From: Azolla caroliniana
Lineage: Eukaryota; Plantae; Polypodiophyta
Direction: 5' to 3'
DNA length: 10,414 nt
Assembly (NCBI GenBank): GCA_043228905.1
Contig: JBHGNT010001274.1
Span: forward strand, 1-10,414
The notes under the pieces are model-generated. The model had not been told where the DNA came from. It saw only the letters and a program-made list of their open reading frames with translations, and did no database searches. Positions 1 to 9,341 of the stretch are shown in pieces. The stretch's first letter is position 1. Each line of letters starts with the position of its first letter. Position numbers and translations under genes: made by a program.

Positions 1-325
1 GTGTTCAAACATGCGAATCGAAGCTAACAACGCTAGGTATGATATGGAATTAAAAAATCAAGATTTTGAAACTCAGTTCGAGACACACGACGAAATTAGC
101 AAACATGAGGAGGGAGTTCAGAGGAGGTCTTGAGTAAATTAAAATGTTCATACCTAGCGAGTGTGATATCGGATTTTTGTGTTCAAACATGGGAATTGAA
201 GCTAACAACGCTAGCTATGATATGGAGTTAAAAAATCAAGATTTTGAAACTCAGGTCGAGAGAAATGACGAAATTACCAAATTTGAGGAGTGAGTTGAAA
301 GGAGCCCTTGAGTAAATTAAAATGT

Positions 326-398
326 TCATACCTAGCGAGTGTGATATCGGATTTTCGTGTACAAACATGCGAAACGAAGCTAACAACGCTAGGTATGA
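326..398. repeat. Perfect 12-bp inverted repeat in R-type monomers (arms 326-337 and 387-398)
   Basis: TCATACCTAGCG is the exact reverse complement of CGCTAGGTATGA, with a 49-nt spacer. It is present in all six R monomers (starts 309, 1900, 2245, 4025, 6506, 8097) and degenerate in the other types. Confidence 0.9.
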
Positions 399-1732
399 TA
401 TGGAATTAAAAAATCAAGATTTTGAAACTCAGGTCGAGAGACATGACGAAATTAGCAAACATGAGGAGGGAGTTCAAAGGAGGTCTTGAGTAAATTAAAA
501 TGTTCATACCTGGCTCGTGTGATATCGCATTTTTGTGTTCAAACATGCGAATCGAAGCTAACAACGCTATCGATAATATGGAATTAAAAAATCAAGATTT
601 TGAAACTCAGGTCGAGAGACATGACGAAATTAGCAAACATGAGGAGGGAGTTCAAAGGAGGCCTTGAGTAAATTAAAATGTTCATACCTAGCGAGTGTGA
701 TATCGGATTTTTGTGTTCAAACATGCGAATCGAAGCTAACAACGCTATCGATAATATGGAATTAAAAAATCAAGATTTTGAAACTCAGTTCGAGACACAC
801 GACGAAATTAGCAAACATGAGGAGGGAGTTCAGAGGAGGTCTTGAGTAAATTAAAATGTTCATACCTAGCGAGTGTGATATCGGATTTTTGTGTTCAAAC
901 ATGGGAATCGAAGCTAACAACGCTAGCTATGAAATGGAATTAAAAAATCAAGATTATGAAACTCAGGTCGAGAGACACGACGAAATTAGCAACCATGAGG
1001 AGGGAGTTCAAAGGAGGCCTTGAGTAAATTAAAATGTTCATAGCTAGCTAGTGTGATATCGGATTTTTGTGTTCAAACATGCGAATCGAAGCTAACAACG
1101 CTATCGATAATATGGAATTAAAAAATCAAGATTTTGAAACTCAGGTCGAGAGACATGACGAAATTAGCAAAAATGAGGAGGGAATTCAGAGGAGCCCTTG
1201 AGTAAATTAAAATGTTCATACCTAGCGTGTGTGATATCGGATTCTTGTGTTCAAACCTGCGAATCGAAGCTAACAACGCTATCGATAATATGGAATTAAA
1301 AAATCAAGATTTTGAAACTCAGGTCGAGAGACATGAAGAAATTAGCAAACATGAGGAGGGAGTTCAAAGGAGGCCTTGAGTAAATTAAAATGTTCATACC
1401 TGGCTCGTGTGATATCGGATTTTTGTGTTCCAACATGCGAATCGAAGCTAACAACGCTAGCTATGATATGGAATTAAAAAATTAGGATTTTGAAACTCGG
1501 GTCGAGGGACATGACGAAATTAGCAAACATGAGGAGGGGGTTCAAAGGAGCCCTTGAGTAAATTAAAATGTTCATACCTGGCGAGTGTGATATCGGATTT
1601 TTGTGTTCAAACATGCGAATCGAAGCTAACAACGCTAGCTATGATATAGAATTAAAAAATCAAGATTATAAAACTCAGGTCGAGAGACACGACGAAATTA
1701 GCAAACATGAGGAGGGAGTTCAGAGGAGGCCT

Positions 1733-1899
1733 TGAGTAAATTAAAATGTTCATACCTGGCTCGTGTGATATCGGATTTTTGTGTTCAAACATGCGAATCG
1801 AAGCTAACAACACTAGCTATGATATGGAATTAAAAAATCAAGATTTTGAAACTCAGGGACGAAATTAGCAAACATGAGGAGGGAGTTCAGAGGAGCCCT
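1733..1899 (+). repeat. 167-bp monomer variant K (11-bp deletion); further copies at 2078-2244, 6339-6505 and 7930-8096
   Basis: ACTCAGG|GACGAAATT replaces ACTCAGG-TCGAGAGACAT-GACGAAATT. It is always linked to the AACACTAGC SNP and always followed by an R monomer. Confidence 0.97.
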
Positions 1900-2422
1900 T
1901 GAGTAAATTAAAATGTTCATACCTAGCGAGTGTGATATCGGATTTTCGTGTACAAACATGCGAAACGAAGCTAACAACGCTAGGTATGATATGGAATTAA
2001 AAAATCAAGATTTTGAAACTCAGGTCGAGAGACATGACGAAATTAGCAAACATGAGGAGGGAGTTCAAAGGAGGTCTTGAGTAAATTAAAATGTTCATAC
2101 CTGGCTCGTGTGATATCGGATTTTTGTGTTCAAACATGCGAATCGAAGCTAACAACACTAGCTATGATATGGAATTAAAAAATCAAGATTTTGAAACTCA
2201 GGGACGAAATTAGCAAACATGAGGAGGGAGTTCAGAGGAGCCCTTGAGTAAATTAAAATGTTCATACCTAGCGAGTGTGATATCGGATTTTCGTGTACAA
2301 ACATGCGAAACGAAGCTAACAACGCTAGGTATGATATGGAATTAAAAAATCAAGATTTTGAAACTCAGGTCGAGAGACATGACGAAATTAGCAAACATGA
2401 GGAGGGAGTTCAAAGGAGGTCT
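1733..2422 (+). repeat. Recent tandem duplication of a K-R dimer (345-bp period)
   Basis: Deletion monomer plus GTAC monomer occur twice in succession with no differences seen. The flanking mismatches are at 1730/2075 and 2119/2464. Confidence 0.9.
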
Positions 2423-4024
2423 TGAGTAAATTAAAATGTTCATACCTGGCTCGTGTGATATCGCATTTTTGTGTTCAAACATGCGAATCGAAGCTAACAA
2501 CGCTAGCTATGATATGGAATTAAAAAATCAAGATTTTGAAACTCAGTTCGAGAGACACGACGAAATTAGCAAACATGAGGAGGGAGTTCAAAGGAGGCCT
2601 TGAGTAAATTAAAATGTTCATACCTGGCTCGTGTGATATCGGATTTTTGTGTTCAAACATGCGAATCGAAGCTAACAACGCTATCGATAATATGGAATTA
2701 AAAAATCAAGATTTTGAAACTCAGGTCGAGAGACATGACGAAATTAGCAAACATGAGGAGGGAGTTCAAAGGAGGCCTTGAGTAAATTAAAATGTTCATA
2801 CCTAGCGAGTGTGATATCGGATTTTTGTGTTCAAACATGCGAATCGAAGCTAACAACGCTATCGATAATATGGAATTAAAAAATCAAGATTTTGAAACTC
2901 AGTTCGAGACACACGACGAAATTAGCAAACATGAGGAGGGAGTTCAGAGGAGGTCTTGAGTAAATTAAAATGTTCATACCTAGCGAGTGTGATATCGGAT
3001 TTTTGTGTTCAAACATGGGAATCGAAGCTAACAACGCTAGCTATGATATGGAGTTAAAAAATCAAGATTTTGAAACTCAGGTCGAGAGAAATGACGAAAT
3101 TAGCAAATTTGAGGAGTGAGTTGAGAGGAGCCCTTGAGTAAATTAAAATGTTCATACCTAGCGAGTGTGATATCGGATTTTTGTGTTCAAACATGCGAAT
3201 CGAAGCTAACAACGCTATCGATAATATGGAATTAAAAAATCAAGATTTTCAAACTCAGGTCGAGAGACATGACGAAATTAGCAAAAATGAGGAGGGAATT
3301 CAGAGGAGCCCTTGAGTAAATTAAAATGTTCATACCTAGCGTGTGTCATATCGGATTCTTGTGTTCAAACCTGCGAATCGAAGCTAACAACGCTATCGAT
3401 AATATGGAATTAAAAAATCAAGATTTTGAAACTCAGGTCGAGAGACATGACGAAATTAGCAAACATGAGGAGGGAGTTCAAAGGAGGCCTTGAGTAAATT
3501 AAAATGTTCATACCTGGCTCGTCTAATATCGGATTTTTGTGTTCAAACATGCGAATCGAAGCTAACAACGCTATCGATAATATGGAATTAAAAAATCAAG
3601 ATTTTGAAACTCAGGTCGAGAGACATGACGAAATTAGCAAACATGAGGAGGGAGTTCAAAGGAGGCCTTGAGTAAATTAAAATGTTCATACCTGGCGAGT
3701 GTGATATCGGATTTTTGTGTTCAAACATGCGAATCGAAGCTAACAACGCTAGGTATGATATGGAATTAAAAAATCAAGATTTTGAAACTCAGTTCGAGAC
3801 ACACGACGAAATTAGCAAACATGAGGAGGGAGTTCAGAGGAGGTCTTGAGTAAATTAAAATGTTCATACCTAGCGAGTGTGATATCGGATTTTTGTGTTC
3901 AAACATGCGAATTGAAGCTAACAACGCTAGCTATGATATGGAGTTAAAAAATCAAGATTTTGAAACTCAGGTCGAGAGAAATGACGAAATTACCAAATTT
4001 GAGGAGTGAGTTGAAAGGAGCCCT
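2245..4024 (+). repeat. Higher-order repeat haplotype B (R-C-[extra C]-D-T-F'-H'-L-G-T)
   Basis: Sub-block T-F'-H'-L-G (2957-3846) recurs at 8453-9341 (offset 5496). G-T-R-C-D (3717-4558) matches 1-842 (offset 3716). Confidence 0.75.
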
Positions 4025-4926
4025 TGAGTAAATTAAAATGTTCATACCTAGCGAGTGTGATATCGGATTTTCGTGTACAAACATGCGAAACGAAGCTAAC
4101 AACGCTAGGTATGATATGGAATTAAAAAATCAAGATTTTGAAACTCAGGTCGAGAGACATGACGAAATTAGCAAACATGAGGAGGGAGTTCAAAGGAGGT
4201 CTTGAGTAAATTAAAATGTTCATACCTGGCTCGTGTGATATCGCATTTTTGTGTTCAAACATGCGAATCGAAGCTAACAACGCTATCGATAATATGGAAT
4301 TAAAAAATCAAGATTTTGAAACTCAGGTCGAGAGACATGACGAAATTAGCAAACATGAGGAGGGAGTTCAAAGGAGGCCTTGAGTAAATTAAAATGTTCA
4401 TACCTAGCGAGTGTGATATCGGATTTTTGTGTTCAAACATGCGAATCGAAGCTAACAACGCTATCGATAATATGGAATTAAAAAATCAAGATTTTGAAAC
4501 TCAGTTCGAGACACACGACGAAATTAGCAAACATGAGGAGGGAGTTCAGAGGAGGTCTTGAGTAAATTAAAATGTTCATACCTAGCGAGTGTGATATCGG
4601 ATTTTTGTGTTCAAACGTGGGAATCGAAGCTAACAACGCTAGCTATGATATGAAGTTAAAAAATCAAGATTTTGAAACTCAGGTCGAGAGAAATGACGAA
4701 ATTACCAAATTTGAGGAGTGAGTTGAGAGGAGCCCTTGAGTAAATTAAAATGTTCATACCTAGCGAGTGTGATATCGGATTTTTGTGTTCAAACATGCGA
4801 ATCGAAGCTAACAACGCTAGCTATGATATGGAATTAAAAAATCAAGATTTTGAAACTCAGGTCGAGAGACACGACGAAATTAGCAACCATGAGGAGGGAG
4901 TTCAGAGGAGGCCTTGAGTAAATTAA

Positions 4927-5651
4927 AATGTTCATACCTAGCGAGTGTGATATCGGATTTTTGTGTTCAAACATGCGAATCGAAGCTAACAACGCTATCG
5001 ATAATATGGAATTAAAAAATCAAGATTTTCAAACTCAGGTCCAGAGACATGACGAAATTAGCAAAAATGAGGAGGGAATTCAGAGGAGCCCTTGAGTAAA
5101 TTAAAATGTTCATACCTAGCGTGTGTGATATCGGATTCTTGTGTTCAAACCTGCGAATCGAAGCTAACAACGCTATCGATAATATGGAATTAAAAAATCA
5201 AGATTTTGAAACTCAGGTCGAGAGACATGAAGAAATTAGCAAACATGAGGAGGGAGTTCAAAGGAGGCCTTGAGTAAATTAGAATGTTCATACCTAGCGA
5301 GTGTGATATCGGATTTTTGTGTTCAAACATGCGAATCGAAGCTAACAACGCTATCGATAATATGGAATTAAAAAATCAAGATTTTCAAACTCAGGTCCAG
5401 AGACATGACGAAATTAGCAAAAATGAGGAGGGAATTCAGAGGAGCCCTTGAGTAAATTAAAATGTTCATACCTAGCGTGTGTGATATCGGATTCTTGTGT
5501 TCAAACCTGCGAATCGAAGCTAACAACGCTATCGATAATATGGAATTAAAAAATCAAGATTTTGAAACTCAGGTCGAGAGACATGAAGAAATTAGCAAAC
5601 ATGAGGAGGGAGTTCAAAGGAGGCCTTGAGTAAATTAGAATGTTCATACCT
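4927..5651 (+). repeat. Recent tandem duplication of an F'-H dimer (356-bp period)
   Basis: Private SNPs GTCCAG (5042, 5398) and TTAGAATG (5282, 5638) each occur exactly twice, 356 bp apart. Confidence 0.9.
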
Positions 5652-6505
5652 GGCTCGTGTGATATCGGATTTTTGTGTTCCAACATGCGAATCGAAGCTA
5701 ACAACGCTACCTATGATATGGAATTAAAAAATTAGGATTTTGAAACTCGGGTCGAGAGACATGACGAAATTAGCAAACATGAGGAGGGAGTTCAAAGGAG
5801 GCCTTGAGTAAATTAAAATGTTCATACCTAGCGAGTGTGATATCGGATTTTTGTGTTCAAACATGCGAATCGAAGCTAACAACGCTATCGATAATATGGA
5901 ATTAAAAAATCAAGATTTTCAAACTCAGGTCGAGAGACATGACGAAATTAGCAAAAATGAGGAGGGAATTCAGAGGAGCCCTTGAGTAAATTAAAATGTT
6001 CATACCTAGCGTGTGTGATATCGGATTCTTGTGTTCAAACCTGCGAATCGAAGCTAACAACGCTATCGATAATATGGAATTAAAAAATCAAGATTTTGAA
6101 ACTCAGGTCGAGAGACATGACGAAATTAGCAAACATGAGGAGGGAGTTCAAAGGAGGCCTTGAGTAAATTAAAATGTTCATACCTGGCTCGTGTAATATC
6201 GGATTTTTGTGTTCAAACATGCGAATCGAAGCTAACAACGCTATCGATAATATGGAATTAAAAAATCAAGATTATAAAACTCAGGTCGAGAGACACGACG
6301 AAATTAGCAAACATGAGGAGGGAGTTCAGAGGAGGCCTTGAGTAAATTAAAATGTTCATACCTGGCTCGTGTGATATCGGATTTTTGTGTTCAAACATGC
6401 GAATCGAAGCTAACAACACTAGCTATGATATGGAATTAAAAAATCAAGATTTTGAAACTCAGGGACGAAATTAGCAAACATGAGGAGGGAGTTCAGAGGA
6501 GCCCT

Positions 6506-8096
6506 TGAGTAAATTAAAATGTTCATACCTAGCGAGTGTGATATCGGATTTTCGTGTACAAACATGCGAAACGAAGCTAACAACGCTAGGTATGATATGG
6601 AATTAAAAAATCAAGATTTTGAAACTCAGGTCGAGAGACATGACGAAATTAGCAAACATGAGGAGGGAGTTCAAAGGAGGTCTTGAGTAAATTAAAATGT
6701 TCATACCTGGCTCGTGTGATATCGCATTTTTGTGTTCAAACATGCGAATCGAAGCTAACAACGCTATCGATAATATGGAATTAAAAAATCAAGATTTTGA
6801 AACTCAGGTCGAGAGACATGACGAAATTAGCAAACATGAGGAGGGAGTTCAAAGGAGGCCTTGAGTAAATTAAAATGTTCATACCTAGCGAGTGTGATAT
6901 CGGATTTTTGTGTTCAAACATGCGAATCGAAGCTAACAACGCTATCGATAATATGGAATTAAAAAATCAAGATTTTGAAACTCAGTTCGAGACACACGAC
7001 GAAATTAGCAAACATGAGGAGGGAGTTCAGAGGAGGTCTTGAGTAAATTAAAATGTTCATACCTAGCGAGTGTGATATCGGATTTTTGTGTTCAAACATG
7101 GGAATCGAAGCTAACAACGCTAGCTATGAAATGGAATTAAAAAATCAAGATTATGAAACTCAGGTCGAGAGACACGACGAAATTAGCAACCATGAGGAGG
7201 GAGTTCAAAGGAGGCCTTGAGTAAATTAAAATGTTCATAGCTAGCTAGTGTGATATCGGATTTTTGTGTTCAAACATGCGAATCGAAGCTAACAACGCTA
7301 TCGATAATATGGAATTAAAAAATCAAGATTTTGAAACTCAGGTCGAGAGACATGACGAAATTAGCAAAAATGAGGAGGGAATTCAGAGGAGCCCTTGAGT
7401 AAATTAAAATGTTCATACCTAGCGTGTGTGATATCGGATTCTTGTGTTCAAACCTGCGAATCGAAGCTAACAACGCTATCGATAATATGGAATTAAAAAA
7501 TCAAGATTTTGAAACTCAGGTCGAGAGACATGAAGAAATTAGCAAACATGAGGAGGGAGTTCAAAGGAGGCCTTGAGTAAATTAAAATGTTCATACCTGG
7601 CTCGTGTGATATCGGATTTTTGTGTTCCAACATGCGAATCGAAGCTAACAACGCTAGCTATGATATGGAATTAAAAAATTAGGATTTTGAAACTCGGGTC
7701 GAGAGACATGACGAAATTAGCAAACATGAGGAGGGGGTTCAAAGGAGGCCTTGAGTAAATTAAAATGTTCATACCTGGCGAGTGTGATATCGGATTTTTG
7801 TGTTCAAACATGCGAATCGAAGCTAACAACGCTAGCTATGATATAGAATTAAAAAATCAAGATTATAAAACTCAGGTCGAGAGACACGACGAAATTAGCA
7901 AACATGAGGAGGGAGTTCAGAGGAGGCCTTGAGTAAATTAAAATGTTCATACCTGGCTCGTGTGATATCGGATTTTTGTGTTCAAACATGCGAATCGAAG
8001 CTAACAACACTAGCTATGATATGGAATTAAAAAATCAAGATTTTGAAACTCAGGGACGAAATTAGCAAACATGAGGAGGGAGTTCAGAGGAGCCCT
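6506..8096 (+). repeat. Higher-order repeat, 9-mer haplotype A, copy 2
   Basis: Same nine monomer types in the same order as 309-1899, again followed by an R monomer. By eye I found only two differences, both in the I monomer (GAGGGAC vs GAGAGAC; GAGCCC vs GAGGCC). Confidence 0.92.
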
Positions 8097-9341
8097 TGAG
8101 TAAATTAAAATGTTCATACCTAGCGAGTGTGATATCGGATTTTCGTGTACAAACATGCGAAACGAAGCTAACAACGCTAGGTATGATATGGAATTAAAAA
8201 ATCAAGATTTTGAAACTCAGGTCGAGAGACATGACGAAATTAGCAAACATGAGGAGGGAGTTCAAAGGAGGTCTTGAGTAAATTAAAATGTTCATACCTG
8301 GCTCGTGTGATATCGCATTTTTGTGTTCAAACATGCGAATCGAAGCTAACAACGCTATCGATAATATGGAATTAAAAAATCAAGATTTTGAAACTCAGGT
8401 CGAGACACATGACGAAATTAGCAAACATGAGGAGGGAGTTCAGAGGAGGTCTTGAGTAAATTAAAATGTTCATACCTAGCGAGTGTGATATCGGATTTTT
8501 GTGTTCAAACATGGGAATTGAAGCTAACAACGCTAGCTATGATATGGAGTTAAAAAATCAAGATTTTGAAACTCAGGTCGAGAGAAATGCCGAAATTAGC
8601 AAATTTGAGGAGTGAGTTGAGAGGAGCCCTTGAGTAAATTAAAATGTTCATACCTAGCGAGTGTGATATCGGATTTTTGTGTTCAAACATGCGAATCGAA
8701 GCTAACAACGCTATCGATAATATGAAATTAAAAAATCAAGATTTTCAAACTCAGGTCGAGAGACATGACGAAATTAGCAAAAATGAGGAGGGAATTCAGA
8801 GGAGCCCTTGAGTAAATTAAAATGTTCATACCTAGCGTGTGTGATATCGGATTCTTGTGTTCAAACCTGCGAATCGAAGCTAACAACGCTATCGATAATA
8901 TGGAATTAAAAAATCAAGATTTTGAAACTCAGGTCGAGAGACATGACGAAATTAGCAAACATGAGGAGGGAGTTCAAAGGAGGCCTTGAGTAAATTAAAA
9001 TGTTCATACCTGGCTCGTGTAATATCGGATTGTTGTGTTCAAACATGCGAATCGAAGCTAACAACGCTATCGATAATATGGAATTAAAAAATCAAGATTT
9101 TGAAACTCAGGTCGAGAGACATGACGAAATTAGCAAACATGAGGAGGGAGTTCAAAGGAGGCCTTGAGTAAATTAAAATGTTCATACCTGGCGAGTGTGA
9201 TATCGGATTTTTGTGTTCAAACATGCGAATCGAAGCTAACAACGCTAGGTATGATATGGATTAAAAAATCAAGATTTTGAAACTCAGTTCGAGACACACG
9301 ACGAAATTAGCAAACATGAGGAGGGAGTTCAGAGGAGGTCT
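8097..9341 (+). repeat. Partial copy of higher-order repeat haplotype B (R-C/D-T-F'-H'-L-G)
   Basis: Shares ordered markers ATGGG/AAATTTGAGGAGTGAG, TTTTCAAAC, ATTCTTG, TAATATC and GGCGA+AGGTAT with 2957-3846, with several private SNPs. Confidence 0.75.

Larger units (their letters stand above)
309..1899 (+). repeat. Higher-order repeat, 9-mer haplotype A (R-C-D-E-F-H-I-J-K, 1591 bp), copy 1
   Basis: Ordered diagnostic variants CGTGTAC, ATCGCAT, AGTTCGAGACACAC, TATGAAAT/GATTATG/AACCAT, TAGCTAGCTA, ATTCTTG/AAACCTG, TTCCAAC/AATTAGG, ATAGA/GATTATAAA and the 11-bp deletion recur in the same order 6197 bp downstream. Confidence 0.92.

Noticed and set aside
54-67. AAAATC-AA-GATTTT mini-hairpin as a terminator
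   Set aside because: The stem is AT-rich, only 6 bp with a 2-nt loop, and there is no gene context.
76-92. CENP-B box-like motif TTCG-AGAC-A-CA-CG in D/G-type monomers
   Set aside because: It matches 7 of the 9 core positions of NTTCGNNNNANNCGGGN but lacks the final GG needed for binding. Such partial matches are easy to find by chance, and the repeat is not alpha-satellite.
107-127. G-quadruplex potential in GAGGAGGGAGTTCAGAGGAGG
   Set aside because: Only GG runs and one GGG are present, giving at best a weak two-tier motif, and the fourth run is often lost.
48-144. Direct ~44/89-bp sub-repeat (AATTA at 48, 94, 137; CAAACATG twice)
   Set aside because: Direct alignment of the halves is poor outside these short words. 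The AATT spacing is better explained by the inverted symmetry.
656-680. AGGAGG Shine-Dalgarno-like motif upstream of the monomer ATG
   Set aside because: The spacing is 16 nt, longer than typical. The motif is altered to AGGAGC in many units and sits in a generally GA-rich tract. Nothing else suggests a prokaryotic operon.
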